Shown: one piece after another, positions 1 through 12,367 of the stretch
How the letters are laid out: the number at the start of each line of letters is the position of its first letter
Position numbering within the stretch: position 1 is the stretch's first letter
Assembly: GCF_000143415.4 (NCBI RefSeq)
Contig: NW_003314287.1
Span: 1,812,951 to 1,876,950 of the forward strand
Direction of reading: 5' to 3'
DNA from: Selaginella moellendorffii
Taxonomy: Eukaryota > Plantae > Lycopodiophyta
Length of the DNA: 64,000 bases
Position numbers and translations under genes: made by a program
The notes under the pieces: generated by a model
Databases searched by the model: none
Told to the model about the DNA's origin: nothing
What the model saw: the letters and a program-made list of their open reading frames with translations, nothing else

Positions 1-1256
1 CTTTCACTCTCAGGTAACATCTGGCATTTTCGTGCAGACTGAAGGTGAATTCCGTTTTAGGTGGCCATCTTGCGGATTGATGGAGCAAGCAATGCAGCAG
101 CCGTCTCCTTCCATCTGTCTATCAAAGCGATCGAAAGACTTTCGCTACGTGTAAAACGACGGCACAGGAAGAGTAAGCTTAAGTTCTTAGTGGTGAAGCT
201 TCTCTTTTTTCACGGTCGGTGACCACTATTGCAAAGGAAATCCTGGTACACAATTTTAATTCTCTCTTGCTTTGTCGGCACCTAAAGCTTTCAACTCTTT
301 TTCCTTCCTCTAGAGAGCAAAGGAGAAGGGCAATGCAATGCAAGAGAAAAGCCGAAAAGCTCTTCAAGCAAAGGATCCACGACTTCTCTTCAAGCGTCTC
401 TCTCTCTCTCTTTTCGGTGAGTGTTCCTTTTGGTGGGTATCACTGTCGTCGCTCATGATAAACAAACGCAGGAAGGAACTTTAGCTACTCAAAACAATGA
501 GAACATAGCGAAGGTTAATGGAATGGAAAGAGTTGTAGACCTTGTCAATTGGTGGGTGATTGCGACTAGCTACCACTTTGCGGATGGAGCCAGGCTATTG
601 AATTGATCCTTCATTCGTGGGTGAAGAGAAGAAACTTCAATAGTTTAGAACTGATGGTTTGATTATATGGTTTTAACATGTCATGACGGAGTGGCAGCGC
701 CCGCCGTCGATCCTCGCCAAACCAACGAGCGAGAGCTCGCCACGTAAGCTCTCGTTTTATTTCAACGGGTGCGCCGAACGTGTGAGGCTCTATCCAACGA
801 TCTAGCGCTTGCCACGTCGGACTCTTTCGGCCTGACCGTGGAAGACGAGCACTGTTTGCCCGGGGAGTGGTGTTTGGCCTCTTGTTCCAGTAGGGCGCAG
901 GGCGCGCAGCGTCTGGAGGAAGACAGGGCGTGGAGGAGCTGCGGCTATGGCGATCTAGTCCTGTTGCGGCGAGATTCTTGTTGCTAGGCCCTCGGATCCT
1001 CGGATTCCCGCGGCTGGAGCTGGAATCCTTGGAATTCTGGCTTGGATTTCGTAGGATTGGGCCGGGGCGGCGCGGGCGAGATAAGATGTTGTCCAGCAGG
1101 GATTCCAGGATTTCTCGCGGCGTGGTAGGGTTTGGAATCGAGCAATGCAGGTGAAATATCGTCACGGGAAGTATGTAGGGTAGAATTCGCGAGCAAGACT
1201 CTTCGATTCGTCCGGTCATGAGACGCGGTTTTGGAGTAGCAGCATTCTAGCAAGCA

Positions 1257-4200
1257 ATGGTGACGCCATTCGAGCGGCCACGAACTCGGTCAAACGCTGT
1301 AAGTTTCTTGATGGATTGCTACTTTGTGGATCCATTTTATGTTTGGTGTGCTTTGCCAGGTCTTCAAGAGTGGCCCGCTGTTGATTTCTTCCAAAGGTAG
1401 TCGAAGCGATGATTTCCTTCTCTATCTTAGCTCGTTTCCTCCGTTTCTTTTCACAGGTTTGGGATGGAAGTCATGGAAACGACGGTGGTTCATACTTACG
1501 AGGACGTCACTAGTCTTTTTCAAGGACGATCCGGTAATGCTACTGGTCCACTGATGCGCAGACTCACTCAGTCTTGCATACTTTTCTTCCCGAGCAGAAC
1601 GTTCTTCCGCTACGAGGAAGCGAAGCAAGCATGACGTTGGGTGGAATCGATCTCAATAATTCCGGGAGGTACGTATCTTCAGATTAAAGAAAGTTTGTCC
1701 TTGCTAAATGCGATTCGTTCTCTTTTCTGTTAGTGTTCTTGTTCGTGCCGATAAAAAGTTGCTCACTGTAATGTTCCCTGATGGCCGAACTGTTACCCTC
1801 AAGGTGCGTCATTTACGTTCGTAGAGGAATCTTGATGTATAGTGTATCTGTTTCTTAACTTCCGTAACCAACAGGCCGAGACATCGGAGGATGTGGAAGA
1901 ATGGAAGGTAGCCCTCGAGCGAGCGCTTGCTGCAGCCCCTAATGCCGCATTGGTAGTGGGGCACGATGGGATTTTTCGCAACGACTCTATTGATGTGATT
2001 GAAACATCGACTGAATTAGGTGCCTGTAGGAATTTTAGTTTTCTAGCGAGCTGCTGACTTGACATTTTCTTTTCTTTTTTTTCTGGTAGGGAAAGATAGA
2101 AGATCCGTCAAGTCAATGGTTGTCGGTAGACCGATTTTACTTGCTTTGGAAGACATTGACGGTAGTCCATCGTTCCTGGAGAAGGCTTTGTGCTTCATTG
2201 AGCGTTATGGTACGGATAATTTCATCCTTGTGCTGTTCTCTTAGGTGCTACAATTTGGCAGGAGTCAAAGCGGAGGGAATTTTACGTCAGTGTGCTGATG
2301 TGGAAGAGGTGGAGCATCGTATTCGCGACTATGAACAAGGTATAGGTTCCTTTTTCTGTGAACACGTGATCTACGTTCTATCACCATGACAGGAAAAACT
2401 AGCTTCTCACCAGACGAAGACGCTCATGTTGTGAGTGACTGCATAAAGGTAATGAGAATTACGTTGATAAAATCAGTCTTAAAGAGTTCCTTGCAGCTTG
2501 TACTTAGGGAGCTCCCTTCCTCTCCCGTGCCGACTCCTTGCTGCACCGCACTTCTTGAAGCTTATAGGCTTGAAAGCAAAGAAGCTCGCATTACGTCAAT
2601 GCGGTTGGCAGTTGCTGACACGTTTCCCGAGCCTAATCGTCGGCTTCTACAAAGGTACTTTTCTTTGTTGTACTCCATTTTTGTTTTTCTTTTTAATACA
2701 ATGGGAACATGGCAGAGTCTTAAGAATGGGTCGGGCTATCGCCGCACATACTTCAGACAACCTGATGACGGCTTCAGCGGTTGCTACTTGTATGGCACCT
2801 TTGCTTCTTAGACCCCTTATAGCTGGCGAATGCGGTCTAGAGGATGATTCGGACATAAGCGGTGACCATGCTGCACAGGTTCACGCCGCTGCAGTTGCTG
2901 CTAACAATGCCCAAGCCATCGTGACAACATTACTGGAAGAGTATGACAATATTTTTGAGGTTTGTCTCGAAACCAAAATTAAAATTATAGAAACTCAAAT
3001 CAAAATTATTAACGTATGCTTTTAACAGGATAATGATCAACAGGGGCCTCCCTCGCCCGAGATGTATCCTAACCTGGAAGGCAGCGAGAGCGGAGAGTCA
3101 TCCGAAGAAGAAGTTCTACAAATGCACGAGACCGATGGCTATCACGACGCGGAAAATGACTTGGATGCTCAACCGGACGAGGATCCAGAACGTGTTCATA
3201 GTGGCGCTCTTAGCGAGACTAGTAGCAATGCTGGTAGTGATACGTTCGACTACAAGGTATTACTGATTTTATTTAGTGAGAACTCCCTTCACAATCAATT
3301 TATTATGTCCAGGCTTATGACGGTAAAGAGATGGAGAAGGATGCTTTTGGAGGGAAGCCACTGAAAGGGTGGTCCAAACCCAGTCATCTGAGAAATGAGA
3401 ACAGAGGAAATGAGGTGCTTTGGGAAGATAGTGGACGTTCTGCAACAACACCGAAACTCGATCTTTTAAGCGCTCGTAAGCCCTCCTCCAAGCTGCATGC
3501 TTCGACATCTGGCAGCCAGGTATATGCATGGACAAAGGTTTAAAATTTAATGACACAACGAGATTTCAGGCTAGCTCCAGGAATGAACCTGTTGATGGCT
3601 CTGCTGATGAGGAGTAAGTATTCGTTTTGCTGAGATCTGGTTTGCGGTACTTACTGTGCATTGTAGAGCGGCAATTCAACGGTTGGAGCTTACTCGAAGC
3701 GAGCTTCGGGCTAAGATTGCTAAGGAGGTACTCGCGTTCTTCCATGTTATTGTACTGATATGTGCAAGCTTAGGCTAAAGGAAATGCAATTCTTCAAGCG
3801 AGTTTGGAAAGACGAAAGCAAGCACTTCACGATCGCCGGCTCGCTCTTGAACAGGACGTATGCTCGTGCTATTTTCCTTTCCTTTTTTATGAGATTTTGA
3901 CTTCAAATTGTAAACACCAGGTAGCAAAGCTTCAAGAACAGCTGCGAGTCGAACGAGAACTACGAACTGCTTTGGAATCCGGGTTCAGCCTTTCAACTGG
4001 AGGAAGTATGGACTCCCAGGTAAGAACTGTGTAGCAGTAGCACTTTTGTAACGAGAGATTGCAATGCCTGCAGACTAGAGCTGAATTGGAAGAGATCGCA
4101 GTCGTTGAAGCAGACGTTGCAGAGCTGAAGAAGAAGGTTGCTGAACTACACATACAGCTTAATCAGCAGCGTCAACAGCAAGTAAGCTTGATGCCGGATA

Positions 4201-4911
4201 CCTCTGAGCGCCAGCAGCGATATAAAAGTCTCCAATCTCAGCAGTAAGAGCAAAGAAACCGCCTGACTAAAAGCTCATTTTATTTCCTGTTTTTCTGCGC
4301 TCTTGCAGGAAGATATTGCAGCAAGAGTTGGACGTGACTCTAGCTTTGTGCCACCACGAAAGGCAACGGAACGACGAGGTAAATGTTTCCAGCCAGTGAT
4401 CAAGCACTAATGCCACCTTTTTTTCCCTCTAGCTCGAGAGTCAAACAGATCAAGATGCTTCGTCCCTCGAGCATGTCCTGACGCAGCAACGCAATGCACT
4501 GCTCGAAGCAAAGGTTGGTCTCATTGCTACATCTCTTTACCACTTTCTTATCGCTTCGCGCACTGCCAGGAGGCTTTGAAGGCCGAGAGAGTTAGAGGCC
4601 ATGACCTCCGGAGGCGGACTATTCAGCAAGAGAACTGGCAAGCGCTACAACCTCCATCGGGGCCTTCAGCGAGGCAATTCGCGTGGAAAAACCAGAACGA
4701 GATGGCAGCAGCAGCGGCGGCAGCGGCAGTAGCAGCTCAGCGCCATGCTCCGAGCCCGCTGGCCGAGCTTACGACACGCCTGGACTACTTCAAGGAGAGA
4801 CGATCACATCTCTTGGAGGAGCTCCATAGCCTGGATCCATCGCTGGCTGTGCCTCTCCGTCCGAGCGAGAGCGCAGCATTGCCACCGGCAGCGCCAGTGC
4901 TGAGCCCCTGA
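1257..4911 (+). CDS. PH-domain Rho GTPase-activating protein (REN1/PHGAP/RopGAP6-7 family), multi-exon
   Basis: Spliced exons give a PH domain (VFKSGPLLISSKG-LGWKSWKRRWFILTRTSLVFFKDDP), a RhoGAP domain (VVGRPILLALEDIDGSPSFLEKAL, GVKAEGILRQCADVEEV, VLRELPSSPVP, MAPLLLRPL) and a C-terminal coiled coil (ERRKQALHDRRLALEQDVAKLQEQL; LTTRLDYFKERRS). ATG 1257, TGA 4911. Confidence 0.93.
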
Positions 4912-5074
4912 TTCGAAGTTCTTTTTGGAGCTCCCATTTTTGTTCTTGACATCAGGAGCTGATTGATACGACGCCTGGTTTGTTGCTTTCACTCTCTCTC
5001 TCTCTCTTGATGTGCTTAGCTTGTAAACATTTAGTCTGTCACTAGCGTGCTTCACATATACTGATCTTGTAATG

Positions 5075-5205
5075 CAATATACCAGAAATGTGAATATTCT
5101 TGGATATACCAGAAATGATGCCAAAAATGTGAATCTTCTTGAAAAGGATCCTTGAATATACCAGAAATGTGAATATTTTGAATATGCCAGGCATGTGAAT
5201 ATTCG
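5075..5205. repeat. Degenerate minisatellite, unit about 26 bp (ATATACCAGAAATGTGAATATT..), about 5 copies
   Basis: Near-copies of TATACCAGAAATG(TGAATATT) at about 5078, 5106 and 5158, with weaker copies at about 5119 and 5183. Confidence 0.8.
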
Positions 5206-5257
5206 TTGATGCTTTTGTAAACCCCAATGGAGTTTTCCCATTTGCCCTAAGCTGGAG

Positions 5258-6550
5258 ATGGAGGGAATGCTGCTGCTCCTTGGTCTTCCGGTGCTGTTTG
5301 CGCTCATCGCCATTGCCTTTTGGAGTCTCTATGGCCGATTTTCTCCAAAATCTTCGAGCGCGGTAAGTTTGAGATCGGTTTGGAGCTATAGTAATCGAGA
5401 TTTTCTGCTTGGCAGGTCTCCGATGATCCTGTTGCTAATGATTCTGGCGCGTCGTCGAGCCGCAGCGCTGGAATCACGGCAGGGAGCCGGAGAATGCGAC
5501 GCAGGCCCGTCGCAGCAGCGTCATCGTCCACCAACGGAGGAGGTATGACATTTGGATTCTCTCCGCTTTCACCGATCGTGAGAGTTTTGGATAGATGAAG
5601 AAGGGGAATTGGAAGAAGACGGCGAAGAGATAGGCTACTACACGGCCAAGAGCTCGAAGAAACGAGAGCAAAAGAAACAAGACAAAGAAGCACGCAAGCA
5701 GGTCTGGAAAAGTTTGCCATACTTTGTAGAGTAAATTCCATTTCTTTTGCTTAGGCCGAGTCTGCCGCTCGAGATCATAAGAGGGAGAAGCAAGACAGGC
5801 ACGCAGAGTTACGACGACGCAAAGATGAAGAGCGTGAGGCTGAAGAGCAAAGGAAGGTAATGCGAAGTATCATCGATTAGCATGGAATAAACTTACGCTT
5901 CTCTATCAGGAGGAGGAGCTGAAAATGCAAAAGGAGAAAGAGGAGGTTGCTGCTGTCGAAGAGTTTGATATGTGGAAGGGATCGTTCTCTGTGGACACAG
6001 AAGGCACATCCGGCGAGAACACGCAGGAAGGCCAGAGCCTTATCAACGACTTCGTTGATTTCATCAAGGTTTGATACTGTGCTTTGTTTGTGGTTCTTGC
6101 TTACTCTTCCTTGTTTCAGAATCACAAGTGCGTAGCTTTGGAAGACTTAGCCGCGGAGTTCCACTTGCGTACGCAGGTAAGTATCTCAATGTAACTTATG
6201 GTTAGTGGTTCTCTTTATGGACTGCGCAGGAATGTATCGACCGGATAATATCCTTGGAACAAATGGGTGAGTCTCTTTGTTTCTGCGTTGTGCTCTTGAA
6301 AAGAGTTTGAGGTTTTCCAGGGCGATTGTCTGGTGTGATGGACGATCGAGGGAAGTTCATTTACATCTCTCCGGAGGAAATGAAAGCGGTGGCGGATTAC
6401 ATAAAGCGAGAAGGCAGAGTGAACATCTCACATCTGGCCAAGAAGTCCAACGAATTTATCGACTTGGAACCAAAACAGCAAGAGGTCGTCTTGGGGGACT
6501 TGGACGATCCCTTCCACTACGATACGCCTCAAGCGGTCACAGTGGCTTGA
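5258..6550 (+). CDS. DDRGK1: DDRGK domain-containing protein (UFBP1, UFM1 E3 ligase adaptor), multi-exon
   Basis: N-terminal hydrophobic anchor MEGMLLLLGLPVLFALIAIAFW, charged coiled coil, EEFDMWKGSFSVD, LEDLAAEFHLRTQ and the signature GVMDDRGKFIYISPEEMKAVADYIKREGRV. Confidence 0.93.
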
Positions 6551-6778
6551 AGAAAGAGAGCTTCTTCGAGCCTGGTGAGAGACGTAGACGTAAACGAAAC
6601 ATGTACGGACGATGTCCCGTGAACTATAAACCTTTTGCCGTACATCGTCACGGCCTGACTTGGCACATTTTGATAGCTTATGTGGCGCCCGCCTCGCCCA
6701 GGGGCGCTCACCGCCAAACAGTCATAACCACTCCATCTCTCTCGTTCTTCTCCGGCAGTAGCATTTCTCGTCGCCACC

Positions 6779-9700
6779 ATGAAGTCCCGCCAGTCCACCC
6801 CCGAGTTCCAGGATCTCGAGAACCAGCCTGGGTTGGCCAACTATGCCTCGCAGGATAGCGGATCAAAGTCTTCCACGTCCAAGGTATGGTTGCTCTCTCC
6901 ATTCATTGGTTTCAAAGAAGTAAAACTTTCTTCTTTTCTTGGCTTCAGCAGCGTCCCAAGAGGAAAAGCCGGGTTTTGCGAGAACGCCAACAGCAAGACT
7001 CGTGTGATACACACAGTAAGCATTTTCTTTCTTCTCTGTTCGTTTTCCTTTCCTTTCGGTTTTCTTTTTAATGTCGTCGTAACAAACGTAGGAATTGAGG
7101 AGCGGGAAGTTCTGTTTGACATCACCGTGGAGGTGGAGGATGACAGGGAGGTGCATATTCAGATGAAAGAGGGTGACTCGGCCGAGCAAATTGCTTCCAA
7201 GTTTTGTCATGATCAAAATCTTCCCAGCCAGCTTGTTTTACCGCTGACTGAACACATCAACAAAATAAGGTGAGCACGTCTTTCTAGTGGAAACCTTACA
7301 TTTCTCCTCTTCTTTGTGTGTAGCAATTTCAATGATGATCATTGTTGTCGGTACATTGGACCCGACTACGGTCGTGAGCTCGAGGATGAATACTTGTTCT
7401 CCAAACGGAGGATCCAGAAGGAATCCGGAAAATATACATCCAGAAGATTTCATTCCAGGCCAGAAAGGCCATTTAAACACGAGCGAAAACCGAAGAAGGA
7501 TCTCAAGCGCAAGCAACGGGCGTTTTCGGAGAGACTTATGTCGTGCACATTCACGAGCGCGGCCAAGCTTATTCCTCAGCCTCCCAAAAAGAAGAAAGTT
7601 GTTGTCCGGCTCTCAGACAAGCAGGTATTTGGAGCCTCGTGTTTTCGCTAAACTTTGACGGCCTGAGTCTCTTACTTTACACTGCTTACAGTAGAGAGCT
7701 CTATGTGCGCGCTTGCATGGCGAATATGAGCTCTACCACCGAAGACGAGAGGAAGAAAGGCGGTCCTATGAGGATTTCCACGAGCAGCAGCTTAAGAAGA
7801 AAAGGCCCGTGTTCTCAAAGGTAAGCACTTACATGTTTTTACGTCTTCTGAACATCTAAGTTCTGTTTTCCAGGGATCCAGGAAAATAATGAAAGTAAGG
7901 GAGTTAGCGGCCAAACACTTTCAAAACTACGGGGAGCTTCTTTACAGAGAGGCTATACTTGCCATTCAGCACAGGGAGAAGATTTATGAATGCCGACAAA
8001 AGGAACTTAAAAAATCTGAAATGGAAGGAGTAACCGGGAGCCCCGCAATCAGGTACTTGAAACCGACTCTAATACGATGTCGAGATGCTATTTTTCTTTT
8101 TCTTTTCATTGATTCGTGCAGTAAGCTGGCAAGAAACCTTAAACGCAAAGCAGGAGAAGTTTGGGAGCGGCTCCAGAGCACCAGGCGGTCGGAGAGTCGC
8201 TTGCAAAGTTTGAGGGAACAGGTTCATCCATCGTTTTTTTCTTTGATTTTTGTTAGAACTGGGATCTTTTCAGACTGCCGATCTCGAAGTGATGGAGTGC
8301 ACTTTCAAGCCTCGTGTGAATTCCTCGGGGCTTGATATTAAAGAGATCAGCCACGGTACTGTTTCTCGGTTCGACTTACTGTTTTGGGACGCTGAGTCTC
8401 GTAAAAAGCGTCAGGAAAAGTACATGCTGTGGTATCCTGATGGGTACGTCTTCATCTTCAAACTTCTTTTTTCAGTTTCATATAGTTTTGTCCTTGGCAT
8501 GCAGCATTACTTTCCGACCCGAAGTTAATCGGCCGTGTTGCCAAGAACCAGAATCAAGGCCAGACAGCGCTAGTTCAGCCTATAGTAAGATCAAGAAAGC
8601 ATCACGCGATCCCTCAGTTTTTTCGAGGCTTCTGGATTATGCTGCCAGATTGACCGGCAGAAGGCAGAAGGAGCGCGAGGAGGAACTCGTTGATCCTTCA
8701 ACGGGGCAAAAACTGTTCACTCCTCTCACTGGGCGGGGTCCTCGAAACATAAAGGTAGTACAAAAGTTTCTATCAGTTAATAACAAGAATTTTTCTGTTG
8801 GTTGCAGCGAAATGAAAAATCTTTGCCTATTGGAGAGTTTCTCTACAATCTCGATGTTGCTGCCAGGGCTAAGGAGGAGGCTTTGGAAGAAAATATTAAT
8901 CGAGTCTGGATAAACCTCTCCAATCACCATTACGTCCTCAAAAAATCTGAAACATTGGCTGTACGGTTCGAGCAGCGGAATTTCCAACAGCTGTTTGGCT
9001 ATTTAGACGATGACAAGGTACTCACTGCCCCTTGTCGTTTAGAGCTTCATAAGCGATGTTGTTGTTTGTGGCAGGATGGCTACGTAGAGCTAGCAACAGC
9101 CGAAACAAAAGATCTCAAGGAAGACGTGGCCTTGAACATCGCAGAAGCTAGAAAGATGGGCTCGGAAGCCGAAAGACCTCTACCATTTCAAAAGTTTGTG
9201 GATCTCATGCTAACCGTACAGGTATAGTTTAGATTCTTGGAATTGCTTATGTTGCCTCTAATTTGATTCTTTCCAGAGAAAGCGAAAAGGATTGCACATG
9301 CTTCTATCGAGCTGGAGAAGAAAGACGGCTGAGAGATTCTCATTTGAGAGGAAAATGAACCAAAAATCTCGGAAGCTGGCTGCTCGTAAGAGAGACTTCA
9401 GGTAAGCTTTTTTCTTCTCCACTTGAGTGCTTCTCTGAACTTCATGTTGCCAGCTCGAGGGACCAATGGTACAAGATAATCTTATCAGACAGGCAAAAAG
9501 TCCAGGAGAAAATCGAAGCCATGAGAAGGCAAAAAGAGTTGAAAGAGATAAACCAGTGCACATTCAGCCCGGCAATCCTTGGTGGCCCAGGCAAAAGCCG
9601 GTTCAGGGTATGTATGTCTTTCGAAAACTACTAATGCCAAAATTTCTCGTGCCAGAATCCCAAGTTCGTCAATGACGTGCGCGTCCAAGAACACGGACAA

Positions 9701-10241
9701 GATGATGTACACGGCTACATCATCAAGGAGACGCAACTCCACGGTCCTGGTAAACTTTCCGTCTCCTGATTCTTGGCACGTATTTGCCCGTCCTGAGGTC
9801 TATTTTCTTGCTGCATTGGCCTGTATGCTGCTTGGGTAGTGTGAAGCTTCTCTTGCTTGCATCACACAGGAGTGAGTCGACTCGGACTTTCGAGCACAAC
9901 TTACAAGTTGTGCTCCTCCCTTTGACTGAGATTTCATCTCAAAGATCATCACGTTTTTCATCTTTTGTTTTTGGTCTGTGTTTCTTCTTTCTTCGTAATC
10001 AGGTCCAGAACCAACCAGCACTGCTGCTGCTACCACTCAACCAGAAAACGGTGTTGGTGGCGGCTCAACATCAACCTCCTCCGGCTTTTTTAATGTCTGG
10101 AAGAGGTTTGTGGCTAAACCACCAGTGGAGGAAAAACTTCAAGTGACAGAACCCGTGTTAGAAAACTCATCGGAGAGTAGTGGTGGTGATGATCATTTTG
10201 ATGATCCTGCTGCTTTTCTGAGTGGTATCCCTGAGCCATAG
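6779..10241 (+). CDS. Uncharacterised coiled-coil protein with repeated (C)TFxPx(I/V)N motifs and an EF-hand-like loop, about 15 exons
   Basis: A chain of GT-AG exons encodes VLFDITVEVEDDREVHIQMKEGDSAEQIASKFC, ECTFKPRVN, ITFRPEVN, DPSTGQKLFTPLTGRGP, PIGEFLY, QLFGYLDDDK|DGYVEL and QCTFSPAI. The 3' exons and stop (TAG about 10239-10241) are less certain. Confidence 0.75.
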
Positions 10242-10805
10242 GTGAGTTTTTCTTTCTTCTTTTGAGCTTTCTCTTGGCTTTCTTCTCTTGGTTTCCTCTT
10301 CCCCTTGACGTGCTTTGCTTGCCCAGCTGTTTTACGCAATTGTGGAGCACAGTTTTGTTCCGGCAGCCATCCTGGGTAGAACCATTTCTTCCCCGGCCAT
10401 AGTCTTTGTTTTTCCGTTTGTTTCTTTGTGCCTCTCCTCTCGATCTTAAGCTTTGTTTGTTCTTTTGGCGTTTCTCTTCTTCTTTTTTATCAGGGGTATC
10501 CGCCATCTCAGGAACAGGCCATGGCAAATAAGACTAGAGGTGTCATTTTGAGGCAGAGGACATGAAAACCCGGAAGTTTACACAACGTAGGTGCTTTGGA
10601 GAGATTCTTGTTTTGCCGAGGCTTGTAGCTAGTTTGCTTCCTGTAGCAAGCCACTCAGACAAAAATCTTCGAGTTGCAGCTCCAGGAGAAAAAAAAAAGT
10701 TAAAAAAAGTTAAAATCACATGTTTTTTTCCTTTGTAGTACCTTTGTTTCTTATAAATAAATAAAAACCATATTCAAGACACAAGAACCCTAAAGCTCTT
10801 CACCA

Positions 10806-12026
10806 ATGGAGGGAGAATGGAAGACCGTCCACCTGGTATGTACTACAAAGCTATCAGAGGTAGCAAATAACCGTGATTTGATGTGATTAATAGCTGCGGC
10901 ATGGTCATGGTTATCACAACCATGACATCGTGGCTCTGAATTTGGGCTTGCTCCATCGTTTGATCTTTGGTGGCGGATGGCGCCGTCTCTCAACGGACGT
11001 CATTTGGCGGCTGTGGCGTTCATTTTGCTACGTCCTGTCTAACCTCTTCTTCCAAGCCCAAGTTTCTGTTCTTAGCCCAGATAAAGTGGAGCACCTGGAT
11101 GACCAGTTTGACGCTAGCCTTACGCCCACCGGCTGGAAACAGGTAAAGGTTTACGTGATAGTTTCTAGCTTTCGAATGACATGTTGTTTGCCAAAGGTTG
11201 TAGAGCGGGGTAAGCTAATTAGACAAACTGGGCTTTTCGACAAGGTCGACTTGGTTGTGGTTTCTCCCATGACAAGGTATTGTTTAGAGATTTCCTTGTT
11301 GATCAATGGCGTGAGTTTATTGATTTACAGGACTTTGCAAACAGCCGCTGGTGTTTTTGGAGGCGGAGATGTCTACCATGATGATAGCAGTGAGCCACTG
11401 ATTATGGTTAATGGAGTTGGGAAAACTCCATATCCGGGAGGGTCAATCTCAAGCCATGGATCGCCACCCTTTGTAACTAATGAGCTTTGCAGGGAGCATA
11501 TAGTAAGAGCCTCGATGGTCTTTAAATCTTTTCTTGACAACTCTGTCCCTTGATTGATCAGGGAACCTCTCGAGCTGACCATAGGCGTGACATTAGCGTC
11601 TACAAGGGCCAATTTCCAGGAGTGGACTTTTCGCTCATCAAAGATAACGAGGATGTGCTCTGGAGGCCTGATGTTTCCGAGACAAACGATGAGATTCATC
11701 AGCGCATCAAAGAATTTCTTCAATGGCAAACTTTTGCAAAGCTTATACTTGGCTAGATTTTAACAGAATGTTGTCTTTCCAGGTTACTGAGCCGGGAAGA
11801 AAAGGAGATTGCCGTGGTTTCTCACTGTGGTTTCTTGTCTCGATTGGTAGACTTTAACAAGTATGGGATTTGCCCAGACCAAGTTCCCTCAAGGTACTTT
11901 TCATTTAGTCTAAGATTTGTGAGCCTAAACTTGTTCTTGCCATACAGCTTTGGCAATTGTGAGCTGCGGACTGTTAAGATTGGACTTGATCTTGAGCAAG
12001 AGCCCCAAGTTATGGTTCTCCACTGA
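10806..12026 (+). CDS. Histidine phosphatase / phosphoglycerate mutase-like protein
   Basis: MEGEWKTVHL|LRHGHGYHN (RHG motif), FDASLTPTGWKQ, VVVSPMTR|TLQTAAGVFG, ELCREH, EIAVVSHCGFL, FGNCELR. Confidence 0.9.
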
Positions 12027-12367
12027 TAATAATTCAATCGCCTACACTCTGTTCTTTCGCAATATGGTGTTAAAGTTTCGAGCTCTTCGCTGTTTGTTCC
12101 TCACTGGCGGGCACGGCATTCTTAGTTTCTGGAAGATTTTAAACTGCGTCAACTTCCTACGAGTCTGCGCCATTGACTAAAAATCGACGGGGGAATCTTA
12201 ATTTTCTTGAGCGCTGTGATTCAGTGCGCATGAGGATCTGTGAACCATGAATGCAGTACTGTGCGAATTCTTCTTCTGGAGATCAAACACCTACCTGTGG
12301 CTTCCTCTTGTAAGTAAGTAGCGTCCTGATCCGTTGATCTTGTCGATCTCAACGCAGAAAAGTAGAG

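Noticed and set aside
1-240. Possible terminal exon(s) of an upstream plus-strand gene
   Set aside because: Splice-like sites are present, but no frame gives a recognisable peptide within the window.
611-1219. 202-aa minus-strand ORF
   Set aside because: Overlaps the promoter/5'UTR of the RhoGAP; low-complexity P/R/S content with no domain.
10114-10527. Lys/Arg-rich 137-aa minus-strand ORF
   Set aside because: Arises from a T/C-rich intron or 3'UTR on the plus strand.
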